In this document: one piece after another, positions 37,899 to 48,536 of the stretch | Position numbering within the stretch: the first letter of the stretch is position 1 | How the letters are laid out: every line of letters starts with the position of its first letter | Assembly: GCA_964434225.1 (NCBI GenBank) | Contig: CAYSUM010000001.1 | Span: 36,488 to 100,487 of the forward strand | Length of the DNA stretch: 64,000 bases | Origin: an uncultured Rhizobium sp. | GTDB lineage: Bacteria > Pseudomonadota > Alphaproteobacteria > Rickettsiales > UBA1997 | Direction of reading: 5' to 3' | Position numbers and translations under genes: made by a program | The notes under the pieces: model-generated | Told to the model about the DNA's origin: nothing | Databases searched by the model: none | What the model saw: only the letters and a program-made list of their open reading frames with translations

Positions 37899-38912
37899 TT
37901 ACAACTGACAAATACCTTTAATTTTGTGCCAGCTTGCTTCGCTGATAATTTCTTGAGCATCATCTTTCCGATTTAAAATTCTCTTCTGCAGCTCCAAAAT
38001 TCGATCTCCAGTCGCTGGATGTGATGAAACATAACTCAAAACTTTCTCCAAATTTTTATTATCAAAATCTTCTTTTTGTAGAATCTGCAGCAATTCTATC
38101 GCTCCTTTTGTATCAATTTTGTTCTTCAGCATCAAATCCAAAGCAAAAAGATCAGCCTTTTCTTCATCCTCACGGCTGTAGTTCATTTTAAAGATAGTTG
38201 ACACAAAATTTATGAAGTAATTTTTATTTCCTAAAATCAAAATACGACTCATCGCATAAGAACGTTTGTGATCTTGATGTTTGATATGACCAATTTCGTG
38301 ACCGATCAAAAAAGCTAACTGACTTGGGCTGGTAATTTTATCGAATAGTTTGGAATAAATTACGATATTATTTCTAGGCAGACTGATGGCATTAGTCTGA
38401 TTTTCTTTGATGACATAAATATTATATTTCTCTTGCTCAATCTTTTGAACAAAGCGATCGATCTCTTCGATTCCAGCAATATTTTGACAGCGATTTTTCT
38501 CCGTAACTATTTCTGCAACTATTTGATTGCCAAGTGGGTCAAGATTTCTAGCGCCAATTTTTTGCGCGAGATAAGGCAAGGCAGCAATTCCCGAAATTAC
38601 CAAAATTAGCAGCACAATATTTTGACGAATAAAATCAAAAAAATCGCGCTTCAGAAAACTTAAATTTGGTAACTGCTTAGCAATTAAAAGAAAAAATTCA
38701 CTATCACCAATGTGCAGGCGAGCATCGGGGAAATTAATACTGGTTAGAACTCCAAACCTTCCATCTAAAGGCTTATCAACAATTCTGATCTCATCAAATT
38801 TCCAAACTATCTCCGTGGAAATTCTGATCTGATTGGCTTCAACAAAAACTTCTACGGTAATTTTTTTTGAAGATTTACCGTCATAAAAAGTGCCTTGCTG
38901 ATTTTGTGTCAT
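37899..38912 (-). CDS. M48-family zinc metallopeptidase with an N-terminal soluble domain and a TM segment
   Basis: Contains HEIGHIKHQDH (HExxH), a downstream EEKAD, and a TM segment at about residues 95-115. Confidence 0.8.
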   Translation of the reverse strand: MTQNQQGTFYDGKSSKKITVEVFVEANQIRISTEIVWKFDEIRIVDKPLDGRFGVLTSINFPDARLHIGDSEFFLLIAKQLPNLSFLKRDFFDFIRQNIVLLILVISGIAALPYLAQKIGARNLDPLGNQIVAEIVTEKNRCQNIAGIEEIDRFVQKIEQEKYNIYVIKENQTNAISLPRNNIVIYSKLFDKITSPSQLAFLIGHEIGHIKHQDHKRSYAMSRILILGNKNYFINFVSTIFKMNYSREDEEKADLFALDLMLKNKIDTKGAIELLQILQKEDFDNKNLEKVLSYVSSHPATGDRILELQKRILNRKDDAQEIISEASWHKIKGICQL

Positions 38913-39875
38913 CTACCAAATACTAAAATCAAAATCTAATCCACCACTATCATCCAAAAGATCGCTCATGGCGTCTCCATTAGCACTGGCATATTGAGAT
39001 TGTAGGGCTTCAATTTCTTCTGGTTCACCCTCAATATTAATGTTTGTCACTAAAAATTTAACCGATCTATTTAAGCAAATCGGAATGCCAAATCCTAAAG
39101 TAAAAATGATGATAAAAAGATTTCCAAAATAGAGCTCAAGAGTTTTTTTAAAGCCAAATGTTGAAGTTATTTTAATTCCCCGACCAATTCTAATTGAGCT
39201 CCAGATATAGTTGCGACGTTTGTTAGCATACCAAACTCGCGATAGCATTAAAGTGGGAATTGCCAATAATAGACTAAAAAAATTAGCCCAGTCCAAAGCT
39301 TTGTGACTGCCTTCAAAAGAGAACTTTACTGATCCAATCGATATTCTTTCGATCATATATTTGCGCGCCAAAATGTCGCTTCTTCCCATCAAAAATCCTA
39401 AACTTAAACAACTCAATATAGCTCTTCTGAAACGTAGTAAAACATATTTAAATCCGCTGCCGCCAAGATTAGCCCGAATTGAGCGCCATCTTAATCTGCC
39501 TAATTTGTAACGCAGAGAAGAGAATTGGGAGTAATAAATTAAAAATACGAGGACAATTGAAGAAATGGTGTTGGTAACGTCTTCACCATAGGTATCAGCA
39601 CCTTTATTATCAAAGCTCGCGGCTACAATGGCGTAACCTAAGATCGAGAAAGCCAAAATAATCAAGAATGCTTTGCAAGTTCCTCTAAAGAGTTCTCGGC
39701 CCGTGCCGGAATATTCTAAATTATCGCCAAAAATCGCGATACTACCAAATAGATATTTTCTAATTTTGGTCTTTGCCCAAGGGCGGTAACTACAGATTGT
39801 GATAATCTGCAAAAATAAATTCTTGAACCAGATTTTGTAAAGCTGACCCAATTTACCGCCGTAAGACAAATTCAT
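38913..39875 (-). CDS. DUF898 (YjgN-like) polytopic membrane protein
   Basis: FKNLFLQIITICSYRPWAKTKIRKYLFGSI and a repeated half are typical of YjgN/DUF898. Its stop abuts the M48 ATG with no gap. Confidence 0.65.
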   Translation of the reverse strand: MNLSYGGKLGQLYKIWFKNLFLQIITICSYRPWAKTKIRKYLFGSIAIFGDNLEYSGTGRELFRGTCKAFLIILAFSILGYAIVAASFDNKGADTYGEDVTNTISSIVLVFLIYYSQFSSLRYKLGRLRWRSIRANLGGSGFKYVLLRFRRAILSCLSLGFLMGRSDILARKYMIERISIGSVKFSFEGSHKALDWANFFSLLLAIPTLMLSRVWYANKRRNYIWSSIRIGRGIKITSTFGFKKTLELYFGNLFIIIFTLGFGIPICLNRSVKFLVTNINIEGEPEEIEALQSQYASANGDAMSDLLDDSGGLDFDFSIW

Positions 39876-39893
39876 GATTTTCGCGATTATTAT

Positions 39894-42290
39894 TTATGCG
39901 TCCTGAAGGAAGCTTTTTAGTAATTTAGATCTTTTTGGATGCTGCAATTTTTTCAAAGCTTTGGCTTCGATTTGACGAATACGTTCACGAGTAACCGAAA
40001 ATTGTTTACCCACTTCTTCCAAAGTGTGATCGGTCACCATGCCAATACCAAAGCGCATCCTTAGAACTCTTTCTTCGCGAGGAGTTAGCGACGACAACAT
40101 TTGCGCCGTCACTTCTTTTAATTTTGAATGCGAAGCCGCATCAAAAGGCATTACCGCAGTTTTATCTTCGATAAAGTCGCCCAAAATACTATCTTCATCA
40201 TCACCTGAAACTGGCGCTTCTAAACTTACTGGATCTTTCGAAGTTCTTAAAACTTTACGAACTTTATCAACTGGCATCAAAAGCTTATCGGCGATTTCTT
40301 GTGCGTCTGGTGTTCGCCCAAGCTCTTGAGTCAATTGACGTGAAGTTTTAACGATTTTGTTGATGGTTTCCACCATGTGAATCGGGATGCGAATGGTGCG
40401 TGATTGATCGGCGATCGCACGAGTAATCGCTTGACGAATCCACCAAGTTGCATAAGTCGAGAATTTATAACCACGACGATATTCAAATTTATCAACGGCG
40501 CGCATCAAGCCAATATTGCCTTCTTGGATTAAATCCAAAAATTGCAAACCGCGATTGGTATATTTTTTTGCAATTGAAACCACTAAACGCAGGTTTGCTT
40601 CGATCATTTCTTTCTTAGCTTTTAACTCTTCGTTTTGACTTCTTCTAACCGTGTTAATTAAGCCTTTGAAGTCTGGCAGACTTAGGCCCATGATTTTTGT
40701 TAGTTTTAAAATACGCGCTTGAATTTCTTTAATTTTTTCTTCTTCAGCGATGTAAAAAGCGCTCCACCTTCTTTCTTTAATTGCGGCGATTTTTTCGATC
40801 CATTTTGCACCTTCTTCAAGACCAATGTAATGTTTCAGAAAATCAGTTTTGTCAACGCTGTGTTTTTGCGACAAACGCAATAATTCAATTTCAATGCTGG
40901 TTAATTTATCGTGAGCTTCGTAAAGCTGATCCACCAAGGCTTTGATTAATGAATCGTTGAAACTGACTTCGGTTGAAAGACGCATAAAATCAGCTTTCAA
41001 TTTCTGAACATCTTTGTCGGCTTCAATTTGAGTGCGGGTTTTATCCGCAGTTTTATCAAGAATTTTTTGGCAAATATGAGCAATCTTTTGGAATAGATCG
41101 AGCATTTTCGGCATCAAAATGCGTTCCATCGAAACGAATGAAACCACACTTTCATCGATTTCTTCCAACTCTTCGTCTTCAAACATCGACTCTTCTTCTG
41201 CAGCAGCGTCAACTTGATCATTGATGATTGCGGTAACATCTTCTTCGCTGGTCGCTTGAGCTTCAGCCATTTCTGCAGCTTGTCTTTCGCTGTTTTTCAT
41301 GATTTCTTCCAACTCAGAATTGTAAGTCTCGTCAATTCTGATAATGTCGCGAAGCAAGATTGTTCCGCCCGACAAGCCGTTATACCATTCGATGAAATGT
41401 TTCATAATCATCGGACTTTGATAAAGCGACTGCACGGTTTTATTGCGGCCTTCTTCGATACGCATCGCGATTGCAACTTCGTCTTCACGAGTCAAAAGCT
41501 TGACGCTGCTCATCGATTTCAAATAAGTTTTTACTGAATCTTCCGAACGTTTTTGGCTTTTTTCTTCGTCTTTAGCAATTGAACCATCTTCTAATTTATC
41601 AAGATCATCTTCTTTTTCGACGATCTGAATTTTGAACTCAGTCAAAATATCCAAAATGCGATCCAATTTCTTTGGATCGATGTCGGAATCAATATTTTCG
41701 TTAATTTGATCGTAAGTTAAAAAACCCTGAGATTTACCCAAAGCCAACATCACCTTTAACTTGTCAGCAAGCTCATTTGAAAGTTTTTTACCTTCTTCAT
41801 CTTTTTGCAAAAGCGCAGTTTTTACACCTTGAATCAACTGAAATTTCTCAGCCAAGGCAACGGTTTTGTCGTTGATAGCAGTGGCTAGTTTTGATTTTGA
41901 AACTTTTTTCTTTGGAACTTTAGGAGCTTTCGGAGCTTTTTCTTTAACAACTTTAACCTTTTTAATCTTTGCCTCTTTTACTGGCTTCGCGATTTTTTTT
42001 AGTGGTTTTGCAACCTTTTTATTCTTTTCAATTTTCGCTGGCTTCACAACTTTTTTAGCCAGGATTTTTTTCTCAGGTTTTTTTGCTTTCGCTAATTTTT
42101 TAACTGGCTTGGATGCAGATTTTTTAATAGGTTTTACCTTTGATTTGATTGGTTTTACAGCTTTTTTGACAACTGGCTTCTTAACCAATTTTTTTACAGC
42201 TTTCGGCGCTGGTTTTTTTGCTGCAACTTTTTTTGCCGAAGCTTTAGCTGGAGCTTTAATGGATTTTTTTACTTTCTTTTTTGTAGCCAT
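39894..42290 (-). CDS. rpoD: RNA polymerase primary sigma factor RpoD with a ~125-aa Lys/Ala/Pro-rich N-terminal extension
   Basis: Regions 2-4 are present: [59 protein letters not shown] and [25 protein letters not shown]. The N-terminus is [19 protein letters not shown]... Confidence 0.95.
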   Translation of the reverse strand: MATKKKVKKSIKAPAKASAKKVAAKKPAPKAVKKLVKKPVVKKAVKPIKSKVKPIKKSASKPVKKLAKAKKPEKKILAKKVVKPAKIEKNKKVAKPLKKIAKPVKEAKIKKVKVVKEKAPKAPKVPKKKVSKSKLATAINDKTVALAEKFQLIQGVKTALLQKDEEGKKLSNELADKLKVMLALGKSQGFLTYDQINENIDSDIDPKKLDRILDILTEFKIQIVEKEDDLDKLEDGSIAKDEEKSQKRSEDSVKTYLKSMSSVKLLTREDEVAIAMRIEEGRNKTVQSLYQSPMIMKHFIEWYNGLSGGTILLRDIIRIDETYNSELEEIMKNSERQAAEMAEAQATSEEDVTAIINDQVDAAAEEESMFEDEELEEIDESVVSFVSMERILMPKMLDLFQKIAHICQKILDKTADKTRTQIEADKDVQKLKADFMRLSTEVSFNDSLIKALVDQLYEAHDKLTSIEIELLRLSQKHSVDKTDFLKHYIGLEEGAKWIEKIAAIKERRWSAFYIAEEEKIKEIQARILKLTKIMGLSLPDFKGLINTVRRSQNEELKAKKEMIEANLRLVVSIAKKYTNRGLQFLDLIQEGNIGLMRAVDKFEYRRGYKFSTYATWWIRQAITRAIADQSRTIRIPIHMVETINKIVKTSRQLTQELGRTPDAQEIADKLLMPVDKVRKVLRTSKDPVSLEAPVSGDDEDSILGDFIEDKTAVMPFDAASHSKLKEVTAQMLSSLTPREERVLRMRFGIGMVTDHTLEEVGKQFSVTRERIRQIEAKALKKLQHPKRSKLLKSFLQDA

Positions 42291-42316
42291 TTTTCCTCTT
42301 AAAAAATTTTACAAAA

Positions 42317-44161
42317 TTATTCTTTTTCAAGCTGCAATATCTTGCGCTCAAGCGAGTTTTTATAATCAGAGATTTCTTTAATTTTTTGACTTGTGATTGC
42401 AGTTTGATGAGTTTCTATTTCATCAATCTTACTTAGAGCTTCTTTATATTGCTGATCTACCTGAAGTAACAAGTCTTTCAAAAGTAGAATGCTTAATTTG
42501 GTTTGGGCCAAGTCTAACGTAAGGCTTTGGATGCTTGCAAGCACATTCTTTAAATCATTGAGATCATTACCGTGACTGGAATTTTCAAGAGCTTTTAATA
42601 AATTTTCCGTTACAACTTCTTGTTCTTCTTCAATCAAACCAATCACCGAATCCTTTAAACTGGCCATTTCTTCGTTGAAAAACTGTACGTCTTTAATGTC
42701 AAAATTATCGTCACGGAAATGAGCGAGTTCGGGAAATTTTATAATCAAAGCAATAATCGCGCGACCCAACATTTTTGAATTATCTCGAAGTGCAATAGGT
42801 TTTCGAGCAATCTGCCATTGGTTGGAAGCGGATTGGTTTACAGTCGTTTCATTATTACGTCTTTCTCGCACATCTTTGCTTTGAAAATTTCGTCCTAAAT
42901 TAAAAAGCTGATCCTTAAACGAATAAGCAAAATGTTTCTTCGAAGTTGCGTCTAAAATTGCTTCGGTTTTTGCGATTAAATTCGCTTCAATTTTCGCCTT
43001 AATTTCCGCACTAATTTTACTAGTTTTTTCAACTCCAAGCTCCATCAAAGCAAAGTTAAAAAGACTCTCGGAAAGCGGCGTCGCGTTGACAAAAACCTTT
43101 TCTAATTCCTTGGCGCCGAACTGTTTTATAAAATCATCAGGATCAAGTTGATTGGGCAAAAATGCGAAGCTGATATTTTTTTTCGCATTAATCAAAGGCA
43201 GCGCAATTTCTGAAACGCGTTTTGCAGCGCGAACGCCCGCAGAATCTCCATCCAGACAGATTACAATTTTATCTGTCGTAAAAAATAATTCCTTCAAATG
43301 TTCGCTGCCCAAAGCGGTTCCAAGTCCTGCAACCACGTTTTCTACGCCATTCATAAAAAGCGAAATCGCATCCATATAACCTTCAACTACAACAGCGTAA
43401 CTCTTAGAAAATATTGGCTTGCGAGCAAATTGAAAATTGTAAAGAGTTTGATTTTTTTTAAAAATATCGGTTTCGGCTGAGTTTAAATATTTCGGCAAAT
43501 CATCGCCAATCGTGCGTCCGCCAAAAGCAATCACTTGGCCTTTTTTATTGGTGATCGGAAAAATTACACGATTACGAAATTTGTCGTAAAATTTCTTCTG
43601 CTCATTTCTGCCAATCACGCCACAACGAGATATTTCAAGCTCCGAAAAGCCTTGCGCTTGCAAAAATTTAGTCAGAGCTTCGTAAGAATTTGGCGCAAAA
43701 CCGAGGCGGAATTTTTTAATATTTTCTGAAGAAATCTCTCTTTTGCGCACATAAGCAAGCGCCGCTTTTCCACTTTCAGAAATCAGATTTTTTTCAAAAA
43801 ATTGACAGATGTTTTCTAAAATTAAAAAATCGCGCGAAAGCTTCTCTTCTTTGACTTCATCGAATTGAACTTTGGGAATTGGAATCGAAAAATCTTCAGC
43901 CAATTTATTCACCGCTTCTTTGTAATCCATGCCTTCATTTTGCATGACAAAGCTAATGACATCGCCATGTGAGGCGCAACCAAAACAATGGTAAAAACCT
44001 TTTAAATCGTTGACGGTAAATGAAGGAGATTTTTCGTTATGAAATGGGCAAAGACCAGTGAATTCCTTGCCGCGCAGCTTTAACTTAACTTTTTTCCCTA
44101 CAACTTCAGAAACTAAAATTGAGGAACGTAATTTTTCTGGAAAATCTTTAGGGAAGAGCAT
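42317..44161 (-). CDS. dnaG: DNA primase
   Basis: Zinc finger CPFHNEKSPSFTV...YHCFGCASHGD, TOPRIM segment VVVEGYMD...LDGDSAG, and the classic dnaG-rpoD linkage. Confidence 0.95.
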   Translation of the reverse strand: MLFPKDFPEKLRSSILVSEVVGKKVKLKLRGKEFTGLCPFHNEKSPSFTVNDLKGFYHCFGCASHGDVISFVMQNEGMDYKEAVNKLAEDFSIPIPKVQFDEVKEEKLSRDFLILENICQFFEKNLISESGKAALAYVRKREISSENIKKFRLGFAPNSYEALTKFLQAQGFSELEISRCGVIGRNEQKKFYDKFRNRVIFPITNKKGQVIAFGGRTIGDDLPKYLNSAETDIFKKNQTLYNFQFARKPIFSKSYAVVVEGYMDAISLFMNGVENVVAGLGTALGSEHLKELFFTTDKIVICLDGDSAGVRAAKRVSEIALPLINAKKNISFAFLPNQLDPDDFIKQFGAKELEKVFVNATPLSESLFNFALMELGVEKTSKISAEIKAKIEANLIAKTEAILDATSKKHFAYSFKDQLFNLGRNFQSKDVRERRNNETTVNQSASNQWQIARKPIALRDNSKMLGRAIIALIIKFPELAHFRDDNFDIKDVQFFNEEMASLKDSVIGLIEEEQEVVTENLLKALENSSHGNDLNDLKNVLASIQSLTLDLAQTKLSILLLKDLLLQVDQQYKEALSKIDEIETHQTAITSQKIKEISDYKNSLERKILQLEKE

Positions 44162-44170
44162 TCATTATCC

Positions 44171-44797
44171 TTAGTAGGAGTAGTTCCACATGACATCAAA
44201 GATTGTCATTGTTGCTGCAAAAGCGATCGGAATTAAAAAATTGTCATCAACTTTAATGATGCTTGGACGCGCTTCAATTAAGGTTACAACCGAGAGTGTG
44301 AAAATTCCAAAAAAGAAAAACCAAAATCTTGAGTGAAAATATAATCCACAAACTATCAAAACTACGAAAGCAGTAAGGAAGAAGGCCGCCGAACCATTTT
44401 TGGTCTTTTCAAAAAATGGTTCACTGGGAAAATTTCTGCCTACAATTGCGGCGGCTGCATCAGAAATTGCAAGGATCGAGAAAGCTGTTACAGCAATTTC
44501 TGCTTTAAATACCAAAAAAGTTATACAAGCTGAAAGCGCAACCCAACTGGCTCCACATAATTTATCACCTTCAAGTTCGTGTGGCCTTAAAACAAAACCA
44601 AAAATTTTAGCAAAAATAATTTTAATCGCCGGATTAGTGCGACGCATATAATCAAGTGTTACAACTACAGCTGCAATTGCAGCAAAAATTGCTACACTCA
44701 TCCATTTTCCAGCTCTTAAATAAATGACGGGAGCGAAGATTAGCAAAACGTGAAACAGTTTGCGATAAGTCTCGTTTTTTAATGAAATTTGAGTCAT
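44171..44797 (-). CDS. Polyprenol/diacylglycerol kinase-like CTP-transferase family membrane protein (dolichol/phytol kinase-like)
   Basis: Contains YRKLFHVLL and ISDAAAAIVGRNF. About 6 TM segments. Confidence 0.5.
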   Translation of the reverse strand: MTQISLKNETYRKLFHVLLIFAPVIYLRAGKWMSVAIFAAIAAVVVTLDYMRRTNPAIKIIFAKIFGFVLRPHELEGDKLCGASWVALSACITFLVFKAEIAVTAFSILAISDAAAAIVGRNFPSEPFFEKTKNGSAAFFLTAFVVLIVCGLYFHSRFWFFFFGIFTLSVVTLIEARPSIIKVDDNFLIPIAFAATMTIFDVMWNYSY

Positions 44798-44801
44798 TTA
44801 C

Positions 44802-45143
44802 TTAGTTAGTTTTTGAAGATTTTTTATCTTGATAAACAATCACTTCATTTTTGCCGGCATATCCCAGAACTTTTCTGGCTTGCTCATCAAGCAAATCAAT
44901 ATCGAGAGAATTTAAATTCATCCCTTCAACCATATTTTTTTTCACCTGCATTTTGGCAATCAGGTCTTGTTTGACGCTTTCTTTATTGGTGATTTGTTGT
45001 TGCAGAACGCGATATTCCAACAAACCTTTCGGACCAAATATTGTGCAGAAAGCGAAGTAAAAAATTACTGCAAACCCAATAAAATAGCCGATGAATACTG
45101 GTTTGGTAATATTATATTTTCGAACAAAATTGTATAGAAACAT
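44802..45143 (-). CDS. ftsB: Septum formation initiator FtsB/DivIC family
   Basis: N-terminal TM segment, coiled coil, and DIDLLDEQARKVLGYAGKNEVIV. Confidence 0.75.
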   Translation of the reverse strand: MFLYNFVRKYNITKPVFIGYFIGFAVIFYFAFCTIFGPKGLLEYRVLQQQITNKESVKQDLIAKMQVKKNMVEGMNLNSLDIDLLDEQARKVLGYAGKNEVIVYQDKKSSKTN

Positions 45144-45152
45144 GAATCTTAA

Positions 45153-46145
45153 TTACTGGTTACGAAACATGAGATCTTTTGCCGCAGCAATAATGTCAAC
45201 CGCTTTTGGCAAAGCTAATCTTTCCAGATTAGCCGCATAAGGAAGTGGAGCATCAATACTTGCAAGTTTTTTTACGGGAGCGTCTAAATAATCAAAAGCT
45301 TGTTCCATTAATACCGATGCAATTTCACTGCCTATTGAAGCAAAGGGAAAACCTTCTTCAACCGTGATGCATCGCGAAGTTTTCTTTACTGATTCTACGA
45401 TCGTTTCGTGATCAAGTGGGCGAATGGTGCGAAGGTCGATAACTTCAGCTTCAATGCCTTCTTTGGCCAACTCTTCAGCAGCTTCCAGCGCATATTTTAC
45501 GACCAAAGAAAATGCCACAATCGTAACATCTTTTCCTTCGCGTAAAATTTTGGCTTTGCCGATTTCAACCAAATGATCGTCGTCATATTCTTCTTCGAAA
45601 GAGAAGCCGTAAGTAATTTCATTTTCTAAGAATATTACTGGATTTGGATCGCGAATTGCAGCTTTCAATAAACCTTTTGCATCAGCGGCACTGTAAGGAG
45701 CGATAACTTTTAATCCAGGAACTGAGGCATACCAAGCAGCGTAACATTGTGAATGTTGCGCTCCAACTCGCGAAGCCGCGCCATTTGGTCCACGGAAAAC
45801 GATCGGACAGCGAACTTGTCCGCCTGACATATAATTAGTTTTAGCGGCAGAGTTAATGATTTGATCGATTGCCTGCATTGCGAAGTTGAAAGTCATAAAT
45901 TCCACGATTGGCTTTAAGCCGGCGAACGCTGCACCAACTGCAATACCAGTAAATCCGTGCTCGGTAATCGGAGTATCAATCACTCTTTTTGCACCAAATT
46001 CAGCAAGTAATCCTTGGGTAACTTTGTAAGCGCCGTTATATTCCGCCACTTCTTCGCCCATAACGAAAACTTCTGGAGTAGTTCTCATCTCTTCTGACAT
46101 TGCTTCGCGCAGTGCTTCGCGTACTGTTAGTTTTTTTAAAGTCAT
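45153..46145 (-). CDS. pdhB: Pyruvate dehydrogenase E1 component beta subunit
   Basis: Contains [27 protein letters not shown] and [11 protein letters not shown]. Confidence 0.93.
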   Translation of the reverse strand: MTLKKLTVREALREAMSEEMRTTPEVFVMGEEVAEYNGAYKVTQGLLAEFGAKRVIDTPITEHGFTGIAVGAAFAGLKPIVEFMTFNFAMQAIDQIINSAAKTNYMSGGQVRCPIVFRGPNGAASRVGAQHSQCYAAWYASVPGLKVIAPYSAADAKGLLKAAIRDPNPVIFLENEITYGFSFEEEYDDDHLVEIGKAKILREGKDVTIVAFSLVVKYALEAAEELAKEGIEAEVIDLRTIRPLDHETIVESVKKTSRCITVEEGFPFASIGSEIASVLMEQAFDYLDAPVKKLASIDAPLPYAANLERLALPKAVDIIAAAKDLMFRNQ

Positions 46146-46159
46146 TTTACGTTCTTAAA

Positions 46160-47176
46160 TTAATTATAAATTTCCGTCATTAACTCTGACTCGTCAGGTT
46201 CTGGAGAATTTTTGGCAAACTCTACAATTTCATTCACTTCTTCTTTAACGAGATCATCAATTTTTTTGATTTCAGCTTCGGTGGCGACATTCTTACCCAA
46301 AATATGGGAACGAAGCGAGTCAATTGGATCTTCTTCTTTTTTGCAGTTTAATTCTTCTTTACTGCGGTAAGTCGCTGGATCAGACATTGAGTGACCGCGA
46401 TAGCGATAAGTGTCCATTTCCAAAATCACTGGACCATTGCCAGATCTGGCGTAATCAACCCATTTTTGGGCATTGGCAATTACATCAAAAACATTCATCC
46501 CGTTAATTTTTTCTCCAGGAATATTAAAACCTTCGCCTCTCTTGTAGAGCTGATCGGTTGAGGAAGATCGAGCTTGCGAAGTTCCCATCGCGTAATGGTT
46601 ATTTTCAATAATGAAGAGCACTGGAAGATTCCACAATTTTGCCATGTTAAAGGCTTCGTAAACTTGACCTTGATGAGCGGCGCCGTCGCCAAAATAACAA
46701 TAGGTTACATTTTTATTACCCAAATATTTATCAGCAAAAGCAAGTCCAGCGCCTATTGGAACTGACGCGCCGACAATTCCATGACCGCCGTAAAAATGTT
46801 TTTCCAAGTCAAATAAATGCATTGAACCGCCTTTGCCCTTAGAAGATCCGTCGGCGCGGCCCAATAATTCAGCCATAATTTTTTTCGGATCAGAACCAAC
46901 GGAAATCATATGTCCGTGATCGCGATAAGTTGTAATGACCTTGTCCCCCTCTTTCATCGTGTGACGCATGCCCGTGGCGATTGCTTCTTGGCCGATATAA
47001 AGATGACAAAAACCAGCGATTAATCCCATGCCGTAAAGTTGGCCCGCTTTTTCTTCAAAGCGTCGAATCAGAAGCATCTCCTGATAGAAAGCTAATAAAT
47101 CTTTTTTGCTAAACATGTTGGATTGCTCCTTCTTGGATGCCGCCAAATTTGGTTTGGCGCCTAATTTTTTGCTCAT
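46160..47176 (-). CDS. pdhA: Pyruvate dehydrogenase E1 component alpha subunit
   Basis: Contains IRRFEEKAGQLYGMGLIAGFCHLYIGQEA, GDGAAHQGQVYEAFNMA, NNHYAMGTS and YRYRGHSMSDP. Confidence 0.93.
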   Translation of the reverse strand: MSKKLGAKPNLAASKKEQSNMFSKKDLLAFYQEMLLIRRFEEKAGQLYGMGLIAGFCHLYIGQEAIATGMRHTMKEGDKVITTYRDHGHMISVGSDPKKIMAELLGRADGSSKGKGGSMHLFDLEKHFYGGHGIVGASVPIGAGLAFADKYLGNKNVTYCYFGDGAAHQGQVYEAFNMAKLWNLPVLFIIENNHYAMGTSQARSSSTDQLYKRGEGFNIPGEKINGMNVFDVIANAQKWVDYARSGNGPVILEMDTYRYRGHSMSDPATYRSKEELNCKKEEDPIDSLRSHILGKNVATEAEIKKIDDLVKEEVNEIVEFAKNSPEPDESELMTEIYN

Positions 47177-47323
47177 ATTAATTTTGTGAGATTTGACGGT
47201 TTTTAGGATCTATTTTAAGATCGTTTATCAGAGGAATTTGGGTCACTTTTTTTCAAGAAGGCGTCCTTCTAAACAGCGAAAAATAAAAGTCAAACTAGCA
47301 AAGCCAGACGTGCTTGCAGAGGC

Positions 47324-47698
47324 TTAACCTTTCGATGTAATTGGCGGTGGCACGGCAGCGAAGATTCCGTGCAGAAAATGTTGAAAGGCTGAAAGTATAA
47401 TAATGCCCGCTTTAAAAATTGCGATGAAGGCTACAACACAATAAACCGTTATCATAAAAAACTTTGTAAAATTTTCGATAATCACACGACGCAACATCGT
47501 CCATTGCTCCTCTTGCGAAACCTTTAAACCAATTGATTGCTTTTCAGTAACCGCAAAATCTTTCAAATGATTAGCAGCTTCATCATCCGACGAAATATGT
47601 TTTTGTGGAGAAATTTGATCTTCAGTTTTTTTGCTAGATTTTTTCTCTAGTTGCGTTTTTACTAGTTGCGACAAGAGTTTCTGTAATTTTTCCGACAT
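47324..47698 (-). CDS. Hypothetical single-pass membrane protein
   Basis: 124-aa ORF with a charged N-terminal half and one or two C-terminal hydrophobic helices. No family recognised. Confidence 0.4.
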   Translation of the reverse strand: MSEKLQKLLSQLVKTQLEKKSSKKTEDQISPQKHISSDDEAANHLKDFAVTEKQSIGLKVSQEEQWTMLRRVIIENFTKFFMITVYCVVAFIAIFKAGIIILSAFQHFLHGIFAAVPPPITSKG

Positions 47699-47741
47699 AA
47701 GCTTTTAAAGATTTTTTTACCCAATCTGACTCAAAACGTAA

Positions 47742-48536
47742 GTGATCGAAACTTTTCTTATCAAGCCTTTTTTGGCTTTAATTTTAATTACAATTTCTTG
47801 CTCCCTTTTGGGAATTTTTGTGCTGTGGAAAAAACTCGCTTATTTTGGCGACGGTCTTTCGCACTCAATTTTGCTTGGTTTTGTTTTGGGCGCAATTTTT
47901 AACTCTAGTCAAATTTCAACGTTGATTATTTTTGCCTTCTTTTTCGCCTGTTTGGTTGAAATGATTTCAATTAATCGATTATTTTCAAAAGACACTCTCA
48001 TCGCAATTTCATCTTATTTTTGCATCGCCACCGCTATTATTTTAAACGATTTTTTTCATAAAAATCTTGATTTAGGTTCTTATGTTTTTGGCGATATTCT
48101 AACGGTTGGAAACCTTGATATTAAAGCTTTAGCAATAATCACCACAATAACAATTATTTATACAATCTTTGCCTTCCGCAAAATTTTACTCATCAACATC
48201 AATGTCGATTTAGCCAGAATTGACGGCATCAAAATCGCTTTCTGGAATCTATCTTTTACAATTTTACTCGCACTTACAATTGCTCTTTCCGTAAGAATTG
48301 TTGGTGTTTTTTTAATGACCGCACTTTTAATTTTACCAGTTGCCATCGCGCGAATTTTTTGCGTTTCTGCCAAACAAATGATTCTCTTAAGTTTATCGAT
48401 CGGAATCTGCGTTACATCACTTTCTTTCAAGCTTGCGAGCAATTTTGATTTAACCATCAGTGCCGTAATTATTGCAACTTTTTGCATGATTTTTCTTTGT
48501 GGTTTAGCCTTTAAAAACCTTACTCGTCATGGATAA
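47742..48536 (+). CDS. ABC-3 family metal (Zn/Mn) transporter permease, ZnuB-like
   Basis: 264 aa, 8 TM segments. The YFGDGLSHSILLG motif resembles ZnuB/MntB. GTG start. No adjacent ATPase or binding protein. Confidence 0.7.
   Translation: MIETFLIKPFLALILITISCSLLGIFVLWKKLAYFGDGLSHSILLGFVLGAIFNSSQISTLIIFAFFFACLVEMISINRLFSKDTLIAISSYFCIATAIILNDFFHKNLDLGSYVFGDILTVGNLDIKALAIITTITIIYTIFAFRKILLININVDLARIDGIKIAFWNLSFTILLALTIALSVRIVGVFLMTALLILPVAIARIFCVSAKQMILLSLSIGICVTSLSFKLASNFDLTISAVIIATFCMIFLCGLAFKNLTRHG

Noticed and set aside
41866-42381. A 171-aa Phe-rich plus-strand ORF opposite the rpoD 5' end. Many other antisense ORFs inside long genes fall in the same class, e.g. 57996-58409, 10593-10920, 35243-35566 and 54918-55208.
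   Set aside because: These are shadow ORFs. The Phe richness is the reverse complement of the Lys (AAA/AAG) repeats in RpoD. The others lie antisense to well-supported conserved genes and lack any family signal.
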